Below, in pieces: positions 26,665 to 37,555 of a DNA stretch of 64,000 nucleotides (position 1 is the first letter of the stretch; every line of letters starts with the position of its first letter). The stretch comes from Squalus acanthias (taxonomy: Eukaryota), in the NCBI GenBank assembly GCA_030390025.1, contig CM059432.1, positions 114,702,001-114,766,000 on the forward strand, written 5' to 3'. A model generated the notes under the pieces. The model had not been told where the DNA came from and did no database searches. It worked only from the letters and a program-made list of their open reading frames with translations. Position numbers and translations under genes: made by a program.

Positions 26665-26953
26665 AGCACCTCCCAAACCCGTGACCTCTAACACCTGGAA
26701 GGACAAGGGCAGCAGGGGAATGGGAACACCACCACCTCCAAGTTCCACACCATCCTGACTTGGAGGTATATCGCCGTTCCTTCATCGTTGCTGGGTCAAA
26801 ATCCTGGAACTCCCTCCCGAACAGCACTTCACCACATGGACTGCAGCGGTTCAAGAAGGCAGTTCACCACCACCTTCTCAAGGGCAACTAGGGATGGGCA
26901 ATAAATGCTGGCCTTGCTAGCGACGCCCACATCCCATGAATGAATAAAAAAAA
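26665..26953 (+). mobile_element. 3' end of a second non-LTR family fused to the CR1 fragment
   Basis: Encodes AVPSSLLGQNPGT / SKSWNSLP-like sequence and ends gggcaataaat...atgaatgaataaaaaaaa. Confidence 0.75.
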
Positions 26954-28104
26954 CTGAAGTCCCTTACTATTACTGCTTTATTATGGTTACATTTCTCTGA
27001 AATTGGCCTACAGATTTGCTCCTCTACCTGTTTCTCACTATTTGGGGGTCTATAGTAAACACCCAGCAATGTAACAGCTCCTTTTCTATTCCTTAACTTT
27101 AACCAAATAGATTCAGTCTTTGAACCCTCTAGTATATCGTCCCTCTGTAGAACTGCAAAATTACCCTTGATCAATACTGCCCCGCCGCCCCCGTCTTTTT
27201 TCTTCACTATTCTTCCTGAATACCTTGTAGCCAGGAATGTTTAGTTCCCATTCTTGCCCATGTTTAAGCCTGGTCTCCATTATAACTACTATATCATAAC
27301 CCCATGTGGCAACTTGTGCCTGTAACTCGTCATTCTTATTTGTAACAATCCTCGCGTTAACACACATGCATTTCAACACCATGCTAGTCAGTTTTACTTT
27401 CATCCTCCATCTAATTCCTGCTCTTTCTATACTATTGTTTGTTCTGTTGCTGTTTGTCCCTCCTAGTTTTCTATGGACCTTGTTTCTCCTCTCTGCTGTT
27501 GCATCCTGGTGCCCCTCCGCCTGCCAAATTAGCTTGAACCCTCCGCCACAACACAAGAGGACATAGGTCCCAGCCCTGTTCAGGTGCAACCCGTCTGAGT
27601 TGTACAGGTCCCTCCTACCCCAGAACTGGTCCCAATGCCCCAGGAATCTAATTTGTATGGCAATTAGTTGCATTCTTGCTGCTAAAGAAAAGTTAGCACG
27701 ATTTTGTACAACTACAAGGGCAATAGGGTACAATTTTCATTTTTACTGTCTAGGCAGCAATGTGGAATGAAAACCGGAGCCGCTAAAAATTCGATAGCCC
27801 CTGAAAACGTGCGCGGAATTGCGATGAGCGGTTAACCTGTGCCCATTCAAATTAATGCAGGCAGCACACAAACTTCACACTGCCTGCTAATTTAAATGAT
27901 AGTGGCGTGCAGCCCAGCGCTAAACACGCTCTGAGTGGCTGCACGCTCAGCAGGTGGCCCAAGTTTATGCGAGCCTAGCACCAATTAAAGCTAGACTGCA
28001 CTTCTTAAAGCCAGCCTGCACCTCTTAAAGGGGAGGTGCAGTTGGATGACACAAGGAGCTGTAAGTAACTAGAGAAGGGAGTTTTACCTGGGAAACATAC
28101 AGGA

Positions 28105-29943
28105 ATGGCACAACAGGCCAGAGAAAGGGCTCCAAGGTTCTCAGACGCAGCACTGGAGGCTTTAGTACAGGAGGTGAAGAGAAGAGAGAGCCCATTTCCA
28201 CAGGGGCAGGAGGCCCTCTAGACAGACACTGCAAAGGCAGTGGGAGCAGATAGCCATGGAGGTCAATGCCAATAATGTTGCCCCGAGGGCCTGGATGCAG
28301 TGCTGGAAGAAGTTTAATGACTTCACATGAGTGGTCAAGGTCAGTGACTGCATCTTCAAATGCCATATCCCACAAATGGCACCACTAGACTCACACATTG
28401 CTCAATTCACCACACCCCCATCACTCACCTACCACAATCTCTATCAATCACGACTCACACCTCGCATTCATATGCCCATCTCCACCCTCACACACTTAAC
28501 ACTGCTGCAAGCCTCACTCTCACATCTCACACATTGCACACACTGCCAGCTATTCAACCATGACAGCCACATCAGCCAAACAGATTGCACTACACTCACT
28601 GACACACTTCCCTCTCTCTTGCGTGACAAGGTGGCACACAACCGTAGAGAGTGGCAGCGAACGGAATAGGACAGGCGTGCCTCCATATCCTGATCCCACT
28701 CGAGGAGACGGTGCTCGTCATAATTGGAGTGGCTGTGACTGAGGTCGTGGCAAGCGGTGGCACTGAAACCACTAGAACATGACTGTATGCTCATACCTAA
28801 TCCTCCTTCTCACATCCCACAATCTCTTCTCACTTACAAGCTGCAGATGGTGTAAGCATGCACCTCCTGCTTTCATCCGCCCCTCCCCCCTCCCCACAAC
28901 CCTACCCTTGTGTCTTTCTCATTTCAGAGACCCAAGAAATCCAACCTGGCCAGGCAGTGGTGCAAGAGGAAGAGGAGAGTGATGATGAAGAAGAAAGACC
29001 GTCGTTGCCACCAGCTCAGATACTGGCACTGTGCGGACTTTAGAGGGTAGCTTAGAGGCAGGATCTGCACGAGGTGAGACACCGGGCACGTGTGGCCTGC
29101 AGCCAGAGCAGGGGGAAAGGGTAGCGCAGGTGCCAGCTCACCGGAGGGCGAAGTCACACATGAGTTCTGCTGTACAGGACTCAGATGAGCACTTTGATGG
29201 GGCGGCCTACAGAAGAACGCTGATGGGCATGCACAATGAAATGCTTGGTGCATTGGCAGGCCTGACAGAAAGCCTGAGTGCAATGTCAAGGGGCATGGAG
29301 GGGTCCGGCACCAACCTTGCACAGGGCTTTGCGCAGAGTTTGGAGTCCATGATTTCCAGCATGGAAGTGATGGGCAACTCCATGATGCAACGTCTAATGG
29401 CCACTGTCTCAGCTTCTACTTCAGCACAAGCAGAAGCCACCCAACATCTGAGTGCTGCAGTGGAAGCTCAGACGTCGGTCATGCAAGCTCAGACTGCTCT
29501 CATGCAGGCTCAGCTTGCTGCCATCGTGACTGCATTTACTAGTGTGGAAAGGGGCTTGCAGGGTGTCACAGCAGTCCAGCAATCTGTTCTCCAACAGATT
29601 ACTAGGAATGCTGAGGCACCGCCCCGGGGGAGTGGCAGTGGCTCCTTGGAGCACGAACCTGCTGCCCTCTCTCAGGATGACAGCATTTGCCACTCCGCCA
29701 GTGCCCTTGCATGATGCCCGTCAGCCAGCCACCCATGCCGAGGTGGTGCAGTCTAAAGCCGGGCCTTCTAGGTCCAGAGCTGCTCGAGGTCGTCCTGCAA
29801 TGCCATCTGCAGTCTCCCCCACTGAAAGTCAGCAGCCTTCCAGCAGCCACGCTGCAGCCACTGGGGTAGCACTGCGTAGGAGCACTAGGACAGGCAAACG
29901 CATACAGAAGACAGGGACTAAGGGAATGCACAAGGGTGCTTAG
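28105..29943 (+). pseudogene. Harbinger A Myb/SANT-like DNA-binding gene, 3 exons (~28105-28339, 28625-28784, 28928-29943), disabled
   Basis: MAQQARERAPRFSDAALEALVQEV...WEQIAMEVNA...QCWKKFNDF with donor AAG|GTcagt. Exon 3 has an Ala/Gln heptad-like stretch. Contains stops and frameshifts. Confidence 0.85.
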
Positions 29944-31416
29944 TTGACTTTGTTATATAATATTGGATGGATTGATGTATAAAATTGGTTTGGAATGCTT
30001 CTTTTGTGGTGGGTTTTATTTCAGCTTTGAGGCCAAGAGGACCCTGTGATGGTCAGTAACAGAGGGAAGGTAAGGTGTGGGACTATTGTTGAAAGGGGAA
30101 TTGGGGTTGCATTCACTGGTACCGCAGACGGATGAGTCGATTACGAACAGTCCGGGCAAAAAAGGGCTGTCTCGGTTGGCTCCTCTCTTCCTTTTCCTCC
30201 TCTCATGTCTCATCTTCCTTATCCGCTTCCTCCTCCTCGTTAGCTGGTTGCCATACGCCTGCTGGCAAGGGCTCATGATGGCGAGCTTGTGGAGCATGCA
30301 GCAGACCACGGCGAAAAGGTGAGTACTACAGGGCTCCTCCACAGTGGTCCAGGCAGCAGAAGTGTTGTTTAAGAACGCCATTGGTCTGCTCTATCAGATT
30401 CCGTAGGGCAGCATGGCTTTCATTATATGCATGCTGAACACGTGTGCGTGGGTTGTGCATCGGAGTCATAAGCCATGTGGTCAGCGGATAGTCCTTGTCG
30501 CCCAGTAGCCACCCTCTGGTTTGTTGTGGTGGCTCAAAGACTAAGGGAACAGTGGACTGGTGCAGAATAAAAGCATCATCACTGGTGCCAGGATACCAGG
30601 AATTCACCATCATAATCTGAACATGGTCACACACCAACTGCATGTTTAGAGAGTGTTAACCTTTGTGGTTGTGGTACACCTCAGCATTTACATGAAGCAC
30701 CCACAAAGCTGCGTGCATGCAGCAAATGGCGCCTTGCACCATGGAGAAGCCCGCTATCCTGGCAAAGCCACGTGCATGCTCTGCTGCTTCTCTCTGGTCA
30801 GAGAGAAGCAGGCAATGAAGTCCCCTCTTCTGGTATAAATAGCGTCTGTCACCTCCCTTATGCAGCAGTGGACGGTGAACTGGAAAATGTTACAGAGGTC
30901 ACCTGCTTCAGCCTGGAAGGATCCCAAAGCGAGGAGATTCAGGGCCACGGTCACCTTCACAGCCACTGGCAGCGCTGTCCTTGCCCTAGTGTGAGGCTGC
31001 AGGTCTGGTTGCAAGAGGTGACAAAATTCTATGAGCACCTCCTGCGTAAAGCGTAGAAGCCTCACACACTGCTCCTGGCTCAGGCTCAGTTAAGAGAATT
31101 GAGAGGAGAAATTCGGTATCACCCCGTTTGGGGCGCAATTATCGGCCGGGCGCAAAGTTTAGCGCCTGGCGCTAATTACCGCCTCCGACTGCAAACTTGG
31201 CTTCTATCGTCCCTGGAGGTGTTGGAGTGCTAAATCAGGCGCTACACACCTCTCTTAAGGCTCAGGTGATGTCAGTTAGCTATGGAACACAGACACACTG
31301 GCGCCGGCCACTTCTTAAAGGGGAGGGTCGATCTTGCTCTCCAGCCACACCCTGCTCACTGCAGCCTTGAATCTCGGCCTGGACAGACCTGAACTTGAAT
31401 TCTGCTGCAAAGAAGA

Positions 31417-33076
31417 ATGGAGAGACCCAGGGAACGAACTCAGCGCTTCAGCGACCGGGCCTTAGTGGCTCTGGTTGGCACAGTGGAGCACCGAAAGTCA
31501 GTACTCTACCCACAAAGTGGCAGGAGGCCATTGCCACGCGATTATAGAAGAGTGTGGAGGGAGGTGGCTCAGCACGTCTCCTCCAGGAGCATGGTGCCCA
31601 GGACCCACACCTAATGTCGGAAGAAGTTCAACGACCTCACTCGGGTGGTCAGGGTGAGTGGCTGCTTTTCAATACCTCTACATCCCTCCATCTCAACCTC
31701 ACTCTGTGCCCAGAGGGTTTAAAAACCCCAAATGCCCAACATTTATCCAATACCTATGGACATCTCATAAAACACACACGCACATTCTACACCTTGCAGA
31801 CATTAAGGGCTATTCAACTATGGGAGGCACATCAGGCAAGCACATGGCTGCACATGTACTCAGACACCTTCCTTTATCTTGCAGGCCAAGCTATCTCACA
31901 ACAGGCACCAGTAGCAACGGACGGGTGGAGGGCCGGCTGAGCTGCAGACCCTCAGCAATTTGGAGGCGCGCATGCACAGGATCGTTGCCAGCCAGGTGAT
32001 AGGTGCCATGGCTGCTGGAGAGGTCGACCCCCTTGGGGACAGCAATGGTAAGTTCATCAGCTTTCTCTCCTCTCTCATTCCACTTGCCCCTCACAACACC
32101 AGCCTTTTACACTTTCAATCCAACTTACTAAATTACTCCAGTCCTTACTCCCTTACTGCCCCCCTGTCCGGACGCTAATGGCCACTCTTGTACCTCCCTG
32201 CTTTCAGATAGTGAACCACTGGCTGACCAGCCTGTCCCTCAACCAAGCAGTGGGAGCGACGGCCCAGGCAAGCGGGCTGCAGCAACGTCATGGGGGTAGG
32301 GAAGCTCGGCGGCTATCTCCCCGGAGGGAGAGTAGGCTAGCGAGTCCTGCTGCACTGGACGCAGAGGAGGAGCGCCTCATCGTGGAAATGAATAGCCAGG
32401 CCTTGAACATGCACACTCAGAACATGGGTGCAGTGGGTAGGGTGCCCGAAAGCATTGATGGACCGGCAAGGAGTGTGGAGCACTCGGCTGTAGCACAGGC
32501 CAACACAACGCAACGGCTTAGTGCTGCAATTCAGTCACTGGCTGCTGCAATCCAATCTCAGACTGCTCTCATGCAGTCTCAGATTGATGTAACGCAAGCA
32601 CTGACTGCTGCCAGCGTCGCTGGTTCGGCCACATTGCCCCAGGGCTCTCAGGGTGCCGCAGCAGGCCAGCAATCTGTGCTCCAGCAGATTGCTCCGGATG
32701 CTGAGGTGCTGCCCTGTGGGAGTGCCAGTGTGTCGGTCAAGCAGTAAGGTGCTGTCCTCTCTCAGGATGACAGCATTCCTACTCCCACCACTGTCACTTC
32801 CCCATTGCACTTGCCACCCCGCCTGCAACACAGCCAGCCCAGACTGCTGCCGCCCATGCAGAGTTGGTTCAGTCGGCAGCCGGGGCCTCCAGGCCCAGAG
32901 CTGGTCGATGGCATCCTTCAAGGGCATCTGTAGTCTCAGCATCTGACATTCAGCAGCCTTCCACCAGCCTTACTGCAGCCACTGGGGCCCCATTACGGAG
33001 GAGCAGTAGGGTGGGAAGGGGGGAAGTATGCAGGGGATGGAGATCACCCTCGAAGGGCAAACAAAAGAAGGTCTAA
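31417..33076 (+). pseudogene. Harbinger B Myb/SANT-like gene, 3 exons (31417-31653, 31885-32047, 32208-~33076), disabled
   Basis: MERPRERTQRFSDRALVALV...WREVAQHVSS...T*CRKKFNDL. Canonical junctions AGG|GTgagt, ttgcAG|, G|GTaagt and ctttcAG|. Exon 2 contains RTGGG. In-frame stops present. Confidence 0.88.
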
Positions 33077-33310
33077 ATAAATGGTGGGAATGTTTGTAAT
33101 AAAGGTCAAGGTTCATCTGATAAAATTTGTTTACTGTTTTGGCGTTTTTCTCCAGCTTGTGAGAACCAGTTCAGTTAATTCATGATTTGTTATGTTTGTT
33201 TCTAATTGTTTGTCCTGAATAAATGACACACACAGAGTTTGTTAAGTAAAAAAGTTGTTGTATTCAAAATTTACATGTTTGGCCTTTGGAATCATTGCAG
33301 CTTTGGCCGG

Positions 33311-34523
33311 CTATAGGGGTTGCGGGTTGCTTTCCGTGATGTTGTTCTCCATGCCAGAAGCCATCTTCTGAGTAGGGGCCCAGAAGTGGCTTGTTATCAG
33401 CCGTTGACGGACGGCCCTTGCAGTGGCAACATTGTGGGCCTCCCAACCACCTTGGTGCTGCTGCTGATCATCCTCCTCCTCCTCTTCTTCCTCCTCCTCC
33501 TCCGGTGGTGCACCAATCCCTGGTGGCTTGGCTGGGTCCTCAGGATTGCCAGGTTGTGAAGCATGCAGCATACAACTATGAAAAGGGAGACTCGCTCAGG
33601 AGAGTACTGCAGGGCTCCTCCTGAGTGGTCCAGACAGCGGAACCGTTGCTTCAGCATGCCGATCGTCTGCTCAATTATGTTCCTGCTGGCGATATGGCTC
33701 TCATTATACCACAGCTCGGCAGGGGTGTTAGGGTTACGGAGCAGTGTCATCAGCCAGGTGCAGAGTGGATAACCCTTGTCCCCGAGGAGCCAACCACTTG
33801 GCTGATGCGGTGCCTGGAAAAGGTCTGGCACACCAGTCTGGCGCAGGATGAAAGCATCGTGGCTGCTGCCAGGATAGCGGGCATTGATGGCGAGTATCAG
33901 CTGTCTGTAGTCACAGACCAACTGGACATTTAAGGAGTGGTAGCCGTTGCGGTTTCGGAAAAGCTCTGCATTTTCATGCAATGCCCGTGATGCCACATGC
34001 GTGCAGTCAATGGCGCCCTGCACCATGGGGAAGCCCGCTATCCTAGCAAAGCCACATGCTGTTTGGCCCAGGTCATGGGGAAAGAGATGTACTGGCGTCT
34101 CCTTTTATACAGGGCATTTGTCACCTCCCGGATACAGCAATGGACAGCGAACTGGGAGATATTGGCGATGTCCCCAGTAGATGCTTGAAAGGAGCCGCTG
34201 GCATAAAAATTCAGAGCCACTGTCACCTTCACTGCCACCGACAGAGACGTCCTGGTCCTCAGTTGAGGCTGCAGATCTGGTTGCAGCAGGTGGCAGAGCT
34301 CAGTGACCACCTCCTTGCTGAAGCGCAGCCTGCGCAAACACTGCTCCTCAGACAAATGAATGTAGGAGAATTGCTCCCGGAATACCCTGGGAGGCTAAGG
34401 TCTCCTGTGCAGAGGCCTGTTGGTCCTCCTCCCTCTGGCCATGTTTGCCACTTTCTCTCTGCGTCTCTGATGCCTCCGATTCTGCAGGTGCAGGACGATG
34501 CCCCGAATCAGTGCAGCCCCCAT
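33311..34523 (-). pseudogene. Harbinger B transposase (HARBI1-like DDE), frameshifted
   Basis: RLRFSKEVVTELCHLL, VQGAIDCTHV, NRNGYHSLNVQLVCD, YPGSSHDAFIL, LLGDKGYP, YNESH...IEQTIGMLKQRFRCL, CCMLHN and an acidic tail. The 3' limit is approximate. Confidence 0.93.
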
Positions 34524-35012
34524 AGTCTCTTCTAAATCGATGCAAGATCAAAAAGAACCTACAAAGTGCTGCTCAGTACCCAAAACTCCTTCACACAGCG
34601 TTGAATCTCTCCAGAAGTCTCTCTCTCTCTCAGAATCTCTCTCTCTCAGAATGCATGGTGCAAAAATGTCTCCGACAAAAAAAGACAGGAAGAGGCCTCT
34701 AAATAGCGCTCCCCAGCCCCTTCCCAACTGCAAAACGTTCCCCTCTACCTGTTGTTGCTAGCGGCAGGCAGAAAGGCAGGGGGCGCCACTCAATATCTGG
34801 TCCGGGGCACTATACGCTCGACTGATGTCACGATCTGCGGGCACAGGAGATCGTGGCGGTAGTGTTTAGCGCCGCCGCAAAATCGCGAACGGCGCAAACA
34901 TCGCCACGCCTGGGCGCTAGTTGCTTTGCGCCCTGTCAGCGCCCTCTTAGGGCTCTAACGGGAGGTGCTTATCAACCGAATTTTTCCCCCATACTCTCTG
35001 AAGACCCTAGGT

Positions 35013-36637
35013 GAGAAAAAGTATTAGGCAAACTAATGGGACTAAAGGCTGACAAGTAACCTGGACCTGATGGTCTGCATCCTAGGGTCTTAAAAGAAGT
35101 GGCTGCAGAGATAGTGGATGCATTGGTTGTAATCTTTCAAAATTCCCTAGACTCTGGAAAGGTCCCAGCGGATTGGAAAACCACAAATGTAACGCCCATA
35201 TTCAGGAAAGGAGGGAGACAGAAAGCAGGAAACTATAGGCCAGTTAGCCTAACATCTGTCATTGGGAAAATGCTGGAATCCATTACTAAGGATGTAGTAG
35301 CAGGACATTTAGAAAATCATAATAAAACCATGTTGACTCTGCTTGATTGTAAGAAAGGGAAATTGTGTTTGACAAATTTATTAGAGTTCTTTGAGGATGT
35401 AACAAGCAGGGTGGATAAAGGAGAACCAGTAGATGTAGTGTATTTGGATTTCCAAAAAGGCATTCGATAAGGTGCCACATAAAAGGTTATTGCACAAGAT
35501 AAGAGCTCATGGTGTTGGGGGTAATATATTAGCATGGATAGAGGATTGGCTACCTAACAGAAAACAGAGAGTCGGGATAAATGGGTAATTTTCCGGTTGG
35601 CAAACTGTAACTAGTGGGGTACCACAGGGATCAGTACTGGGGCCTCAACTATTTACAATCTATATTAATGATTTGGATGAAGGGACTGAGTATACTGTAG
35701 CCAAATTTGCTGACGATACAAAGCTAGGTGGGAAAGCAAGTTATGAGGAGGATACAAAGAGTCTGCAAAGGGTTATAGATAGGTTACGTGAGTGGGCAAA
35801 AATTTGGCAGATGGAGTATAATGTGGGAAAATGTGAGGTTATCCACCTTGGTAGGAAGAATAGAAAAGCAAAATATTATTTAAATGGAGAGAGACTACAG
35901 AATGCTGCAGAACAGAGGGATCTGGGTGTCCTCGTACATGAAACACAAAAAGTTAGCCTGCAGGTACAGCAAGTAATTAGGAAGGCTAATGGAATGTTGG
36001 CCTTTATTGCAAGGGGGATGGAGTATAAAAGTAGGGAAGTCTTGCTACAACTGTACGGGGCGTTGGTAAGACCACACCTGGAGTACTACATACAGTTTTG
36101 GTCTCCTTATTTAAGGAGGGATATACTTGCACTGGAGGCAGTTCAAAGAAGGTTCACTAGGTTGATTCCTGGGATGAAGGGGTTGTCTTATGAGGAAAGT
36201 TTGAGCAGGTTGGGCCTATACTCATTGGAGTTTAGAAGAATGAGAGGTGATCTTATTGAAACATATTAGATTCTGAGGGGGCTTGAGAGGGTAGATGCAG
36301 GGAGGATGTTTCCCCTCATGGGGGTATCTAGAACTAGGGTACATAGTTTCAGAATAAGGGGTCGCCCATTTAAGAGAGATGAGGAGGAATTTCTTCTTTC
36401 AGAGGGTTGTGAATCTTTGGAATTCTCTACCCCAGAGAGCTGTGGAGGCCGAGTCATTGAATATACTCAAGGCTGAGATAGACACATTTTTGAACTACAG
36501 GGAAGTCAAGGGTTATGGGGAACAGGCAGAAAAGTGGAGTTGAGGCCAAGATCAGATCAGCCATGATCTTATTGAATGGCGGAGCAGGCTCGAGGGGCCG
36601 AATGGCCTACTCCTGCTCCTATTTCTTATGTTCTTAT
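35013..36637 (+). mobile_element. 5'-truncated CR1 LINE inserted in the Harbinger A transposase
   Basis: RT motifs in ORFs 35099 and 35673, with a ttcttatgttcttatg tail. Confidence 0.93.
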
Positions 36638-37348
36638 GTAAGGCCTCCTACTGAGAACCCTTCTACCCCTCCTCCTCCTCCCTCTGCGAGCAGCTTGCCC
36701 TCTTCTTTGCTGCCTCTGCTCCATCTCCCTGTCATGCTGCAGACCAAGGGGGTGACAACTAGGGCACCCATGACTGGGAGCAAGTGGTCTGACCAGAACC
36801 CTTAAAGTCAGAAGCAAGGCCTTCTCCACTTGCAGCACTACTCCCTGTCACCTCACCAACTTTAAATAACTCTGGAAAGCACCAAACACTTCTACAAAGC
36901 TACACAGAGCCAGTAGAAATTAAGCAGCAGTTAAGAGTGGTTGCTGATCCCTTTAAATAGCACTGTTCGGGGGTCTTTGCTTCTGCTAAACACATGTTCA
37001 GCTGTGCGAGGTTAAGAGAGGGTATTAGCTCCAGCGCTGAGGACGAAAATGGCAGCGCTAGCGTCAAATCAGCTTGACGTCATGATTTGCCCACTCTACA
37101 TACTTTCAGCGTACGCTCCTAATGCCTGCCCTACCACCCTCACCAAAATGGCATCCAGTGTGGCCAGCACCAGAAGTATGCCACGCGCGGTGCAGACGCC
37201 ACTTTTGACACAAAGTGGCACCCGTAGTGACAAAAAATCGGGCACTAAGGAGCAGAATTTCTAGCCCGATGTGATAAGATACCAACTACACCTACTGTTC
37301 CTGACTATGCCACCTGTGGGTATGTTAACACTGGTAAAAGCCTGAGAG

Positions 37349-37555
37349 CATAGAATCATAGAAATTTATGCCACAGAAGGAGGCCATTCGGCCCATCGTA
37401 TCTGTGCCAGCCTAATCCCACTTTCCAGCTCTTGGTCCGTAACCTTGCAGGTTACGGCACTTCAAGTGCATATCCAAGTAATTTTTAAATGGGATGAGGG
37501 TTTCTGCCTCTACCACCCTTTCAGGCAGTGCGTTCCAGACCCCCACCACCCTCTG
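37349..37555 (-). mobile_element. CR1 3' tail fragment
   Basis: catagaatcatagaa...aggccattcggccc. Confidence 0.7.

Larger units (their letters stand above)
21157..27650 (-). mobile_element. Long old CR1 LINE (ORF1 esterase remnant, APE endonuclease, RT, tail) split by at least four insertions
   Basis: Colinear pieces in order: FLGHWDQFWGRRDLYNSDGLHLNRAGT (SGNH-type ORF1 end), CMCVNARI..., LLGVYYRPPNS, DHNIIRF, PGNYRPISLTSVVGK, GVPQG, FTDDTK, then the (gaatcata) tail at 21157. Confidence 0.9.
31102..34990. mobile_element. PIF/Harbinger element B (3.9 kb, both genes present, decayed)
   Basis: TIR agaggagaaattcggt / accgaatttttccccc, enclosing convergent Myb and transposase genes. Inserted in the transposase of element A. 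Confidence 0.92.
30113..36771 (-). pseudogene. Harbinger A transposase (HARBI1-like DDE), split into 36638-36771, 34991-35012 and 30113-31101
   Basis: RRVLSRRPY | PRVFRE | ...LRFTQEV..CHLLQPDLQP..ALPVAVKVTVALN, QLVCDH, YPGTSDDAFIL, GWLLGDKDYPL, YNESH..RNLIEQTNGVLK, CCMLH, then ARTVRNRLIRLRYQ*. Confidence 0.88.
27725..37267. mobile_element. PIF/Harbinger element A (decayed two-gene element, ~4 kb core) hosting Harbinger B and a CR1
   Basis: Convergent Myb/SANT gene (+) and DDE transposase (-). Ends agggtacaatttt / aatttctagccc are degenerate, with flanks aat / gat. Outer limits are approximate. Confidence 0.8.

Noticed and set aside
29031..29714. 227-aa Ala/Gln-rich ORF as an independent coiled-coil or chemoreceptor-like gene
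   Set aside because: It is exon 3 of the Harbinger A Myb gene, with a paralogous segment at 32208-32747.
33397..34355. Domesticated HARBI1 gene
   Set aside because: It is frameshifted, enclosed by TIRs and paired with a disabled Myb gene, so it is a transposon copy.
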